Positions 12,295-25,184 are shown, numbered from the stretch's first letter. The stretch: DNA of 64,000 nt from Eukaryota sp. TZLM1-RC (GCA_040285825.1 JAUPSS010000002.1:2542001-2606000), one strand, 5' to 3'. Program-made: numbers and translations. Notes: a model not told the origin generated them from the letters alone.

Positions 12295-15200
12295 TGTTGG
12301 CGCCCTAAGGCTTTTATAATATGAATAGAAAATAAATTATCTTTATCTCAACCACTTTTGCAACCTAAGGCAACAATAATTATTGGCCGTATTAGGTTAT
12401 AGGTATACCGTTCACACAACTCACAGCTATCAAACAGAGGATATCTTCAGCGGATATCATGTCAGTCTCTCCTCGCCAGGACACTGACTCCAGCCAAATT
12501 TTTTACATTAGACAGATGCAACAGTACGACAGAGATGCTTTGAGCATAGATACAACAACAGCAGGGACTGAAGAGTCAAATAAAGAAGAGGACTCGGGCT
12601 CGAGACCACCCTCCGCCCCTCCTCATGAGAAAGATATGGAACCAGGCACGGAACCACCTCCCGCCTCTTCCAAATCAAAAACAATGGAACCAGGCACGGA
12701 ACCACCTCCCGCCTCTTCCATGTCCAACAAACCAGATAAGGTTTCAGGAACGGGACCACCCCCCTCCTCACCTAAAGAAAATGTTGGGTTAAGCTCGGAT
12801 ACTTCGTCTGCCCTAAAGGACTACGAAGAACTCCAGTCCGTTTTAGAAGAAATGGACGACGATGAAAAAGAGCTTCGCCAACAGATAATGAAGGACGCGG
12901 AAGCTCACCTTGAACCAACAGATTATTGTTTGTTCGAGCAGCTCCCTCCCCTTTGGAAGCAAATATCAAAATCTGGTAGAAATGTGGGATTCCAGACTCT
13001 GGGCCATAAAGGGGACCCTAATAGAGTCTACGAATTCCCTCAAAATGAGAGAAGAGAACTCATTAACGCGTTGGACACTTTGAGTTGAGAGACCTATGGA
13101 CGCGGGGCAGAACGCCGTCCTAGGATAACCGGTATGGATAGAGAGATCCATGTGATTCTGGCAAAGCCTATCAAGGATAGGCCTGATTGGGAAGCCATTC
13201 ACTTAGATCAGTTCGGGAGAAGGATCAGGTTCTTAGCCATCGAACGAAGGAGCAGAACCGATACCGATGACATCCTGCAAACTAAATTACCGGCATGGGT
13301 GGACTCGCACTTTGATACGATCATCCATAACTACTCAGAGGTAGAGGATGGGGCTCCTACTTGTTTCAGAGAATACATGGAACAAGCAGACAGCACAAAT
13401 CCAAGCAAGTTGGATCCCGTCAGTGACTTCTTTGACGCGGACGCCCTAAATAATATACTTACGGAACGCTCGAGCGTATCCACATTTAGGAGCCGCCCAA
13501 ATAACTTCATTCAGCAATTCGGGGAATCAACGACAAGGAAGAAGAAGTTCAGGTTCTTGGTCACGGGTGATCAATCAACAGAGCTCCACCAGAGACCTAA
13601 ACTTCCTATAATTGCCCCAATTATATCTGAAAAAGAGCAACCGGTACAAGTCTGTTCCATTGACGTACTCCCTGATCACATCCCAACAGTAGATGTGACA
13701 GAACGAGCAAACAGACCTACCAGAGTGGTTCAGGGACCATCAAGTCCCTCCCAACCCATGCTCACTAGCGCATCAGAAGATGAAGTCGAGTTGAGAGGAC
13801 CTAGTTTAGATGAAACACCTCCTCCTCAACCCCCTCGTAGAAGAGTTACTTCTGAGGAGCCTCTCCGTTTGGAAGACCTCCAAGCTTCTAGAAATATTTT
13901 GGATATGAGTATAGCAAGTAGTCTTCAGAGACATGTGGACTCTCAGCCTAGGTCAGCTGAATATAAAGCCCCTCACCTATCTGAGAAGGACCCTCTCAAC
14001 AAGATGTCTCTCGTCTCCTTCCTCCTCAAATTCCAAACATGGGACAAATACGGGCGCAAGATAGCCAATCGAAGCTTTCAAGCCCCTGGTCAATCTGATT
14101 GGTCTCGTGCTATGTTGATAGCAACCCAAATATTTGGCGAAGGAAAGACCCAGATTACCCCTGAGTTGTTATCATCACTCCCATCTCACATCAGAGAAGA
14201 AATAGACAGGGACATGAAACAGCCACTTTTAAGGATCGACCCAGAACTAACGAAACGTTTGGGACCTCCTATCCATCATTATGACTTATTTAGAAGTATG
14301 ATGATTAGTACTTGTCCATCCGGCTTATCAAGCATGGTCGACCCCCATCTCATCTCTAGATGGCAAGGCCAAGGACTTCTAAGACCGGACTTCTCAGACG
14401 CCGACCTAATGGTTTTTCTGCTACGCAGGACACAATTTACCTCATATCATGAGGCTTGCTCTGCCCTAGCAAAACCATGTATAAACTGGAGAAACATCCA
14501 CAACAAAGTGGATGCGGACAACGAATTTGGTAGGTTCGTCGAAGATTTTGGAGACGTCCTGAGGATGACCACTTACATGGTTGACCACTCCATATCTGCA
14601 TCAATTAGGGGAAGCAGTGGTTTAATAACCCTCTCACCCGCCCTTATTGCAGAATACTTTCTCTTGGGCATAGATAATTTTGCCATTACCAAGGAGCTGG
14701 CAAGCCATTGGACAAGAGAAGATCTATGGGACCCTTCAACAGGTACAACTTTGTTAGACCTGATTTCGACCACCAGGAGACACTTTCTAGCTTGGTGCCA
14801 AACAACAGGAAATAGGCACACCATGGAACTTTTGAGAAAACAAGCTGAAAGAGAAGAAGACATCCCATTAGGCCTTTCGACCATGAGAACGTTCTCTAGA
14901 GGAGCAACCGCATCTGGTCCAGGTACTAAACGTCGCTCGGGAGGCGGATTCAAAGGAACTCCCCAAAACAAATATGTCCCAGAAAGACATGAACGAGAGG
15001 GATCTAAGTTCTGTACATTCTGTAACGTCACCGAAGGAAATAACCCTATCGGTCACACGGTTTTCGAATGCAAAGACCCTCGTTGTACCAGGAGCAAGGT
15101 ACCAAAAGAATTGAGGTTTAAGATCGGCGAGGCTGATCAGCCTGCGAGAAGTGGCAGTGTAGTTAGAGGCCGAGGTGGCCGTGGTAGACGTGTTTCTAGG

Positions 15201-18200
15201 TTTAGAGGTAGGGGCCGAGGTGGCCATTTTAGAGGACATAAAGGTAGAGGTCAATATAGACCTATTTATTACATAAATACACAAGAGGATACATCATCAA
15301 TATCATCCCCTTCTGAGAACGTGTCAGCTAGTTCGAGCATGACCTCTCACAGACGGATTGACAGTTTCAGCAACAGGGTCAGAAATACAGGAAACTTTCC
15401 CAATCGGAAACAAATCAACGCAATCAATCATAATCAATCAATTGCCGATTTCGGAAACCCAGTTAACAACTCCCCAACAGCTCAACAATTCTTACTAAAT
15501 CCTCTACAATTCCACAAACCCAGCTCTGATATCAATAGTATTTTTGGTATAAATTCTACGGTTAGTGAGAACCACATCAGATCCCAGCGTTCTCCATTTC
15601 TAAGATTGGAGATTTTAATAAATAATATAAAAATGATTGCAACTATTGATTCGGCAGCGTTTTGTTCGGTTATAACAGAAGATTTGGCTAACAAATGCAA
15701 TATGTCAATTAATAGAGATGATACAATTGAGTTCTTACCAGCCAATAACGTATCAAGTAAATCGCTAGGGAGTGCAAATGGTATTCTGTCGTTCAACGTA
15801 GGAAGCATTGCGCACCAAGTACATTATAGACATACTCTTCCCATAATCCCGGGTTCGAACAAATTATTAATAGGGATAGACATGTTAAAAACACTTGGGC
15901 TTCAGACGGATGATGGTCTTTTCATTAGATTAGACAAAGAACACCGCACTTTGTTAAATGCAGAATCTGAATTCGACTCAAGAATCGCTCAACATTCGAT
16001 TGGGACCTTAGATAACCAATCATCGAGTCCTTCCGATTTTGAGGAGCAGTTAACTAGATCTGGTTGTGAGATAAAATTAGATGATGATAATAATAAATTA
16101 AAATTAACGAGTCTACTAAGAATTTTCAGCGATGTTTTTAGTGAAACTCCAAACAGAAAAGGAATCGATTGTAAACCTCTAACAATCCCCTTTAGAGACG
16201 AGAATGCTATAGTACATAAACCTGCTAGGCGATTAAATCCCAGCAAAATGGAAATAGCAAACAAGATATTTGATGAACTGATTGAAATGGGCTATGCAGT
16301 TGAATCTAATTATAAATTCAGCTCTCCTATTGTCTTAGTTATATATCCTGATGGCAAGAAACCCAGGCTAACTGGAGACTTTAGCGGTAAAGATGGTGTT
16401 AATGCCCACACGATTTCAGTAGAGCCTAATCTACCTAGGATTAGTGATATTTTAGAGTTTTTAAGTAGAGCAGATTACATAGCCACGCTTGATTTACCAA
16501 AAGCTTTCTGGCAAATGAATGTAGCTGAGAAGGACATTGAGAAAACATCAATCTCAATCCCTGGAAGGTCAATTATGTTTAAAAGAGCTTGCTTCGGATT
16601 AAAGAACATCCCAGCAGTATTTCAAAATGTAATGATGGAAATATTCCAAATTGATGGCGTTTTCATATATATTGATGATATTATAATAGTTGGAACGACT
16701 TTCGATGAATTCTATAAGAGATTACAAAGAGTCCTCCAATGCGCCAGAAATAGACGTGTAAATATAGGTTTACGTAAATGTAAATTCGTAACATCCAAAC
16801 ACCCTATTGATATTTTAGGAAGCACCTTCCAGGATAAAACCAGATTTATTAGTAAGAAAAAAATCGAAGCCTTGATGAGAATACCTAGACCAAAATCAGT
16901 GAAAGAAGTTCGCTCATTGGTAGGATCCATCAATTATATAAGAGATTGGCTTCCAGGTATTTCCGAATTAATAGCTCCAATTAATGAGTTAATTAAAGGA
17001 AAACCTAGAGTAATAAAATGGACCAACGAGCATGACGATTATCTTAAACAAATAAAAGATTTAATAATTAATCACATGCCCCTTGAATTACCAGCTCCGG
17101 GCAAGCGCGTACTAATAAGTACCGACGCATCAGATGTAGCAGTTGGAGGCGTTATTTGGCAAGAAATTGAACCATACTCCCCTGCAGGAACCCCGCTGAA
17201 TAAAAGAAAAGTGAAACCATTGTCGTTCTATAGTAGATTACTTACAGAAACACAAAGAAAATGGTCCACTTTACAGAAAGAATTATATGCAATTCTTCTG
17301 ATTTTAACTGAAAGTTGTTTAGAAAGCTACCTTTTGACTAGACATCTAACAATTTTCACCGATCACAAAAATATTGCATTCCTGGCCACAGCCCCAGAGA
17401 AAAATAGAATTGTAAAGAGATGGCTGCCGATACTATCTGAATTTGACTTTGATATAGTCCATGAACCAGGTGAAGATAACCACTGGGCAGATATGCTATC
17501 GAGGAATATTGATTTAGATCAAAATGAGGAAACTCCTTCTATATGTAGTATAAATATACCAGATACTTTACTTTCGAATTACGAGATACCTCCTATAGAC
17601 GATGATTCTGATTCGGACTTCGAAGACATCCCATCAATTTCATCCCTAAGTAGACACCAGGACTTACCTATTTTTTCTTCTTGGTTCTCTAAAATAAGAT
17701 CTGAACAACAAATAGCCAAAAATAATAATGACCCTCTATTTGAGAATGTAATTCTAGATGAAAATACTCAAATTTGGAAAAACAATAAAAATAAAATTTT
17801 AATTCCAAAAAGCCTCAGAAAACAGGCACTATTATTAATTCATGGACTGGTTCAATCAGGCCACCCCAGCAAAAACGACAGTCTACATAAACTGTCCAAA
17901 AGCGACTTTTCCTGGCCTAATATGAGAAAGGACCTCATAAACCACATCAAAAGATGCCCAACTTGTCAAAAAACGGCACCAGTTAAAAGAACAAAAACAC
18001 CTTCCACAGGTTCCCTTTGGGCAGATCGTCCTTTTGCCAGACTAAATGTTGACACAATTGGACCTCTGAATACTGATAGTGATGGTAATAAATACTTATT
18101 AGTATTTGTAGATTCTTTTACTGGATATTCAATTTTAGTCCCTCTGAAGGAACTCAATGCCTTAGAGACCGCAGACGCTTTGATTTGGAACGTTTGTGCA

Positions 18201-19355
18201 ATTTTTGGCATACCTATGTTAATTCATAGTGATAATGGTCCCGAGTTCGCCAATGAGACTTTTAAGATAGTGTGTAATAGATTAGCTATTGAGATGAGTA
18301 ACTCAATACCCCACTACTCTGAAAGTAATGGACTCGTAGAGCCAAAACTTAGAGACGTTCTACAATGCTTGAGGAAATTATTAATAGATTTTAATGATTA
18401 TGGAAATTGGTCTACTTATGTACCCATATCCCAACTATTAATAAATTCCACTAAAAGCAGAAAGACAGGTTTTACACCTTACGAACTAATGTTCGGATCT
18501 TCGATTAGTCCAAGATCGGACCCTGCAAACATATTAGGAAACTTATCAAAATTTGATTCCAATATACCTTTATTAGACGATATTAAATTGAAAAATACTC
18601 GTCTGCAAGAAAAAAGGGAAGAAGCAGAGCGTCATCAATTATCAAATACTCCGATTTCAGTTGACAATACTAATTCGCGCTCTATAGTATTTAATATTGG
18701 TGACTATGTCCTACGTAAAACCAAACAGAATAATAAATTACATGGATCTTGGAACGGACCCTTTTTAGTAATAGACCGTCCTTCCAACTCTACTTTATTA
18801 TTAAAGAATCTTATCACTGGCAGTGAATTAAAAGCTGCTAAGAAAGATTTCAAAATCTATAACGCAGATAATCCTCAGGATATCGAATTTCTAAAAGCAG
18901 TCGCAGCAGGCGATGCTGAGAAACATGTTATAGAGAAAATCCTCTCAGAATATAATTCTGACTCAGGTAGTTTCTGTACTGTTCAATGGTTTGGCGGTGA
19001 GACAACCTCTCCATTCAGTTAAACATTCAGAAGCTTACAAGTTGTTCAGTAGGAATAACAAGAAAATTGGAAAACGTACCTCTAGTCAACGTAAGAGTAC
19101 CTCCAATAGCTCTACGCCTTGCAAGAGGCCTAGACGTAGTACTAGAATTAGGAAGTGATGCTAATTCTCAGTTTAGATTAGGTTATTTTTAGTTATTTAG
19201 TTATTTAGTTATTTGTTTATAGTTTAGATTCATATTTATATAAGCCTATTAGCTCTGAAAAAGGGAAGAAGCAGTGTTGGCGCCCTAAGGCTTTTATAAT
19301 ATGAATAGAAAATAAATTATCTTTATCTCAACCACTTTTGCAACCTAAGGCAACA
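12295..19355 (+). mobile_element. Inner, young Ty3/Gypsy (chromovirus-like) LTR retrotransposon
   Basis: Identical 81-bp LTRs at 12295-12375 and 19275-19355, TSD AATG (12291-94 and 19356-59), PPT gaaaaagggaagaagcag. Confidence 0.96.
12459..19022 (+). CDS. Gag-Pol polyprotein (Gag, Zn knuckle, protease IDSAA, RT LDL/YIDD, RNase H TDAS, integrase HHCC + DDE + GPF, chromodomain); one in-frame TGA at 13086-13088 and a 3' frameshift
   Basis: ORFs 12459-13088 and 13134-19022 are in the same frame. Domain order PR-RT-RH-IN is diagnostic of Ty3/Gypsy. Confidence 0.92.
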
Positions 19356-20392
19356 AATGGTCCTGAGTTCGCCAATGAGACTTTTAAGATAGTGTGTAGC
19401 AGATTAGCTATTGAGACGAGTAACTCAATACCCCACTACTCTGAAAGTAATGGACTTATAGAACGTAAACATAGAGACGTTTTACATTGCTTGAGGAAAT
19501 TATTAATAGATTTTAATGATTATGGAAATTGGTCTACTTATGTACCCATATCCCAACTATTGATAAATTCTACTAAAAGCAGAAAAACAGGTTTTACCCC
19601 ATACGAACTTATGTTTGGATCTTCGATTAGTCCAAGATCGGACCCTGCAATATTAGGAAACTTATCAAAATTTGATTCCAATATTCCTTTATTAGATGAT
19701 ATTAAATTGAAAAGTATTCGTCTACAAGAAAAAAGGGAAGAAGCAGAGCGTCATCAATCATTAAAAACTCCGACTTCAGTAGACAATACTAATTCGCGTT
19801 TTATAGTATTTAATATTGGTGACTATGTCCTTCGTAAAACCAAACAAAATAATAATTTGCATGGATCTTGGAACGGACCCTTTTTAGTAATGGATCATCC
19901 TTCCAACTCTACTTTATTATTGAAGAATATTACCACTGGCCCCGAATTAAAGGCTGCTAAGAAAGATTGTAAAATCTATAACGCCGAGAATCCTCAGGAT
20001 ATCGAATTCCTTAAGGCAGTCGCAGCAGGCGATGCTGAGAAACATGTTATAGAGAAAATCCTCTCCGAATATAGTTCTGACTCAGGTAATTTCTGTACTG
20101 TTCAATGATTTGACGGTGAAACAACAGAAGAGCCTCTCCATTCAGTTAAACATTCAGAAGCTTACAAGTTGTTCAATAAGAATAACAAGAAAATTGAAAA
20201 ACGTACTACTGGTCAACGTAAAAGTACCTCCAATAACTCTACGCCTGACAAGAGGCCTAGACGCAGTACTAGAATTAGGAAGTAATGCTAATTCTTAGTT
20301 TATATAGATTATTTATAGTTAATTAGTTATCTGTTTATAGTTTAGTTCATATTCATATAAGCCGATTGATTTTGAAAAAGGGGGAGAAGCAG

Positions 20393-20473
20393 TGTTGGTG
20401 CCTGTAGGCTTTTATAATATGAATAGAAAATAAATTAGCTTTATCTTAACCACTTTTCCAACCTACGGCATCA
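20393..20473 (+). repeat. 3' LTR of outer Gypsy element
   Basis: Follows the PPT gaaaaagggggagaagcag; followed by TSD caat. Confidence 0.9.
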
Positions 20474-20939
20474 CAATCACAATTTCTATTTTAATACAAT
20501 TTGCCATGTCAATATAATCTATATTCCGTTGTTGTTCCATTTGTTGGTTCTACAGTTAGAGATCTTTTGGCTATTGTTTTAAAGTAACGGTGCTGTTGTC
20601 CAAAAGCGAACTGGAACTACTTTTGGTCTTGTTGATTGACAAAACAGAATTGTGTTTTCGCTTTTTAAAGCAACAAAGAAATTGTTTTCTAATTCGTTTT
20701 CATTATTTCGTCAGTCTTGAGAATCCGTAGTAACAATCTAATGTAATGACAGAGATGCAGTGTTTGAGGATATGAACCATAAATTAGTAAATATGGTCTG
20801 ATCGTTGTGTGATTAAATAAGAATTTTCAATGGAAGAATTTTGCTGCAATTCAAGATTAATCTCAACGTTTCTCTCTCGGATTAACTGCAATCGATATGT
20901 GTGTTGTGCAGCTTTTATGTTATATTACAACTATGCTAC

Positions 20940-21022
20940 TGTAAGTATTTCACTAGTGAGGACCAAAGTATATATATCGAATAACATTAAATAAAATTAT
21001 CTTTATCCTAACCCGCCTTACA
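20940..21022 (+). repeat. Possible solo/partial LTR of a related family
   Basis: 83 bp, tgtaag...cttaca inverted ends, contains aaattatctttatcctaacc like the Gypsy LTRs; no TSD seen. Confidence 0.35.
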
Positions 21023-21069
21023 CATACATCTATACTAACACCCAACTAGCAGTTGTCTACTATTTTATT

Positions 21070-21910
21070 GCTCACAGTGTTTCAGAAGATAGCAATGCAC
21101 TCTTCGAACTTTACAAAAACGAATGATCATTGTATGAAGACGATTTTCCTGAAATTATGTGCAGCTGGCTGCATTAGATCCTGATCCTCACTCATTGTTA
21201 ATTGATAAAGATCCATGTGAGAATATGTCATCAGATTCACCATATCTAACACTGTTGTACCGTGATGGCTTGGGCTATATGCTAATATTGAAGCATTTGA
21301 AGAAAAATGAGATTATATTAAAATATTCACATTGTCCAACTTATATTAAAAAATATGAATTCTATGATTTATATTAAAAAAATACAAAAATTTCGTGTAT
21401 CAAAGAACCTCTGTTCAAAAAGCACGCTGCCATTGAATAACTTTGGTATTGATAATAGAGAAGAAATTTACTTCAGTTAAGTCGAAAAATCAGAATTGGT
21501 AGTGCTGCAAATGGCGCTTTACTGATGATGCTCTTGAAATCCAAGAAAAAGAAAAACATGAAAAACATGATAAAGTTATTGAAGCCAATGCTGATAGAAA
21601 TACATAACTCGGTTCTATTGCAGTTCTGTTCTTTATAAATTGAAGACTAAGGTGAAGTATAAAATTTTTTCATGAACAAAAATTGATTTCAAAAAAATAT
21701 GAAGTGAATTGATGAAATTGTATGGTGTTCTCGAATAGAATTCACCTGAACTAATGGATATTAGTTTGTTTTTCCATCGAGCAAAAGAACCAATTTCGAG
21801 AAATCATGTAGCTCAGGAGTTTTACAGGGATAACTTTGGTTCAATAAATTTCGTCCATTTAGTTTTAAGCTTATGTCATTAAGTCACGTCGTTAAGTAAG
21901 TATTTCCATG
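21070..21910 (+). mobile_element. Old degenerate CRE-like 3' region (family B-related); inverted copy at 28550-29400
   Basis: Eroded similarity to the 29650-30600 endonuclease region; reverse-complement match to 28550-29400. Confidence 0.7.
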
Positions 21911-21969
21911 ATGAAATAAGGCATCTCAAGAAAAAGAAAAAGTGTTTCCAAAGTGGAGTCAAAGATTTG

Positions 21970-22042
21970 CTCTTCCGGTGGGGGTCGAACCCACGACCTT
22001 CGGGTTAGAAATCCGACGCGATTCCAACTTCGCCACGGAAGA
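21970..22042 (-). tRNA. tRNA-Arg(TCT)
   Basis: Cloverleaf TCTTCCG-TG-GCGA AGTTGGAA TCGC-G-TCGGA TT TCT AA CCCGA-AGGTC-GTGGG TTCGACC CCCAC-CGGAAGA-G; Arg determinants A20 and C35. Confidence 0.93.
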
Positions 22043-22080
22043 CAGTTAGGTCTACAGTATATTGGTTAGAATTGGTATGC

Positions 22081-22300
22081 TCAAACAATAGACCCAACAA
22101 GTATGATGAAACGACAAAAATCTAATGCAATGGAAGGAGCACAAGGTCTCAAAATGTGGGTTATCCTCCCAGTTAAGCAAATTTTAAGCATGAAAAATTT
22201 AATATGTTTTTCAAAATCTAAAGAAGAAATTGAATCAAGTTCCTGTAATTCATTTTGAAGTTGAGGTACATTTCCTAACCAACAACCAAGGAACTTAAAA
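22081..22300 (-). mobile_element. CRE-like RT-thumb fragment (family A)
   Basis: FKFLGCWLGNVPQ...HIKFFMLKIC matches the 26858-27739 ORF. Confidence 0.75.
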
Positions 22301-23005
22301 AAGAGAAAATGTTTATTGTGTAACTTTTTTGTTAACAACAAATTATGGGTACTCATTATTTACTGTTACTTTTTTTAGAAATAGTTTGTTTCTCAGTGTT
22401 TGCATGTACTGCCAAACAGTCTTGAAGTATGAGCTTTTTACAAATTATTACAAGGGAAATTACCTAATAAATAGCGAGATATCATTTCTTGTTTCAATAA
22501 ATATTACAAATCTGTTGTTTTGTCCCGAACAAAATTCATTGGTGCATTCGATTTTATGCAATTGAATTTTGAAGAGCAGTTGGTTGCTCGAAACATTGCC
22601 AAATCATATGAAAAATATTGGAATTCACGTAATTGCAAATATATGCTTTCTAACTGGCTATTCCTCCCAGAACCTCGTGATTAATGAATTTGCTGTTCTG
22701 TTAACAAAGCACAGTGGTGATGCTCTCAAATTTCTTGATTACTGGTTAGGAAACGTGCCTCAAATTTCGAATGAATTGCAGTGTACTGAAAAAAATGAAA
22801 ATGAAAATTGATTCAATTTCTTCCTTAGATTAAGAAAAACATATTGAATTGTTTATGCTGAAAAATTGTTGTACTGAGAACATTGTCCACATTTTGAAAG
22901 CTTGTGCTCTTTCCATAGCATCAGATTTTTGTCGATCATTTGATTTACTGAGGACAAAATTATTGTGCTGATCTAAAGGATGTAGATACAGAAATGTTGA
23001 GAAAT

Positions 23006-24430
23006 TGTGAGATTTTAAATAAGATCAAATCACGTGTGACGACGTGACGATAGTTTAAGTTTAGTATTTGTAATTTAATAAAGCTTTTCCTTTGGTCACT
23101 GCAGTGGAAACCAACAATAACGTTATTGTCCCTGTTTCTGTTCCAGATCGGTCACTGTTTCTGTACCTGCCTTTGGTACAGCCGTGCAATGCGTCCTGTC
23201 GACCGTCCTTATCTGACCTCGCTGTCCGAGGAAGATGTATGTATGTTTCTGAGCGAATTTGAAGTGTATCAGTCTGTCACTGACAGCACTAAAGTTGTTT
23301 CTTTAAGGCTCTTCGTAGATCCCTTTATTTTAAAGTCTCTAGAGTTGTATAAACTTAAGGTGAAGACTTCTGATAGTGTGTTGCTCAACTTTTTGAAATC
23401 GCCAAACAATTTTCCCTCCTGTGAAGCTTTCAACAAGACGGTCTCTCAGGTGAAAATGAATGTGAAGAAATCTAGTGTCAAAGAAAGAATGAATGATTAC
23501 CTCACAAACCTTCTGAAGATGAAGGAAAAGCTGACTGTCTTGCCATTCCAATTAATGTTTTTATGAAAAAAATTTGCCGCTGGTATTGCTCCTAAAGGTC
23601 TTGCTGAATCCCTTGTGTTTCGTATTAATGACCAATTGTTACCTGATTTCAAAACACTTGTGAAAGTTGCTACCGACAAAATTGTTGACTATGATAGATC
23701 TAAAGTCTGGTTAGGATCCATATCTAGTACAAATACTCGTTCTGTCGTCAGAGATACAGATATTCCTGCCAAAACTTGTTACAAATGCCATAAGCCTGCT
23801 CATATTGCTGTTAATTGTCCTCGTCGCAATGGTACTGCCCAAACTTTTGATGTCAAAAGATTCGCTCATGTTCATAGTATTAGAGAACTAGAACAGGTGA
23901 ACACGATGCCATAAGCTTCGTCATATTGCTGTTAATTGTCCTCTTCGCAATGGTACTGCCCAAACTTTTGATGTCAGAAGATCCGCTCATGTTCATTATA
24001 TTAGAGAACTAGAACAGGTAAACACGATGCCATAAGCTTCGTCATATTGCTGTTAATTGTCCTCTTCGCAATGGTACTGCCCAAACTTTTGATGTCAAAA
24101 GATCCGCTCATGTTCATAGTATTAGAGAACTAGAACAGGTGAACACTGAATTTTGTGTTGTTAGTGAAGCAGATATCAATAACTGTTCTGACTCATGCCT
24201 TAGCGACGCGCTGAATGTTTATGATAGTGATTCTTCAGAAGAAGAGCCGTATGAACTTGTACTCAATCCATTGGCAAGAATTTCCCCATCACTGAAGAAG
24301 GAAAATGAAGAAGGGGTAGTGTTAGATGTTGGAAAACATCCAATCACGTGCGATGACGTGGCGATAGTTTAAGTTTAGCATTTTTAAGTTAATAAAGCTT
24401 TTCCTTTGGTCACTGCAGTGGAAACCAACA
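23006..24430 (+). mobile_element. Non-autonomous gag-only LTR retroelement
   Basis: 111-bp LTRs at 23006-23116 and 24320-24430, TSD AAAT, PPT gaagaaggggtag, broken gag with CYKCHKPAHIAVNC CCHC knuckle, no pol. Confidence 0.88.
23785..24146 (+). repeat. Tandem repeat, ~120 bp x3, inside the gag-only element
   Basis: Unit atgccataagc...tcatattgctgttaattgtcctc...agaactagaacaggt(g/a)aacac repeated three times. Confidence 0.9.
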
Positions 24431-24912
24431 AAATCATTTTTTTGCAGCGAATTTTGGGGGTGTTGTATTTGCAAAGTCTGTTATTTTGTACCAATCAGCT
24501 TTTTCGCAAAAGAAAAAATGAATTTTTTCGTATTAGTTTTGTTTACAAAAACACCGCGTCTTGGACCTCTTGCTTTGTCTTTTCTGAATGATTTTGTTAA
24601 AATTGTGAAACAACGTACTGGAAGTGTTTTTGACAAGAGTTTTTGGCAAAAGAGAATTGTATTTTCAATTTTCAAAGGTGTTGTTCCCTTATTGACTGAA
24701 GCTTTGTTATCTCTTGGACGCGTTTATGAAAGAAAATCCTCCAGTCAATTTTTCTTGGCTGATTTGGGTTATGAAGACATAGAATTTTAACCTGGTCGTA
24801 TAGTTTGTTTTTTATTGCAATAAATAAAAATATATTTTAAAAACAAAAGACACTGCGTTCTTAAATCTTGGTAATTTCTGGAATGAAAGCCGAAAAATGT
24901 GAAAAAATGATA

Positions 24913-24985
24913 CTCTTCCGGTGGGGGTCGAACCCACGACCTTCGGGTTAGAAATCCGACGCGATTCCAACTTCGCCACGGAAGA
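24913..24985 (-). tRNA. tRNA-Arg(TCT)
   Basis: Identical to the copy at 21970-22042. Confidence 0.93.
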
Positions 24986-25184
24986 CATGGCATTGTTCCA
25001 TGAAATGTTGGGCACCAAAAATGTTGGGCGATTTGGGAGAAATCAATCAGAGTATGAATGACTGTAGTTTGTAAAAAAGGTGTTTGTAATTAAAAGGTGA
25101 TCATGTGTGCGTAATTTTTGGTAAGACGTGTGCAAAATTTAACAAGTATTTATAAGGAAAGTTTGAAACAAACTACTCTGACTG

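Larger units (their letters stand above)
6970..20473 (+). mobile_element. Outer Ty3/Gypsy LTR retrotransposon (degenerate), interrupted by a nested copy
   Basis: 81-bp LTRs at 6970-7050 and 20393-20473 (TG...CA, 4 mismatches), 4-bp TSD CAAT, purine tract before the 3' LTR. Gag/PR/RT (YIDD)/RNase H fragments with stops and frameshifts; integrase split at HSD|NG. Confidence 0.95.
22560..24830 (+). mobile_element. Degenerate CRE-like element (family A) interrupted by the LTR element at 23006-24430
   Basis: KFLDYWLGNVPQ fragment; the sequence across the insertion (gaaatgttgagaaat|catttt) matches 27311-27330; 3' end FWQKRIVFSIFKG...GYEDIEF then aataaa. Confidence 0.7.

Noticed and set aside
23785-24146. 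CRISPR or guide array
   Set aside because: Three full-unit tandem duplications of gag sequence with no spacers.
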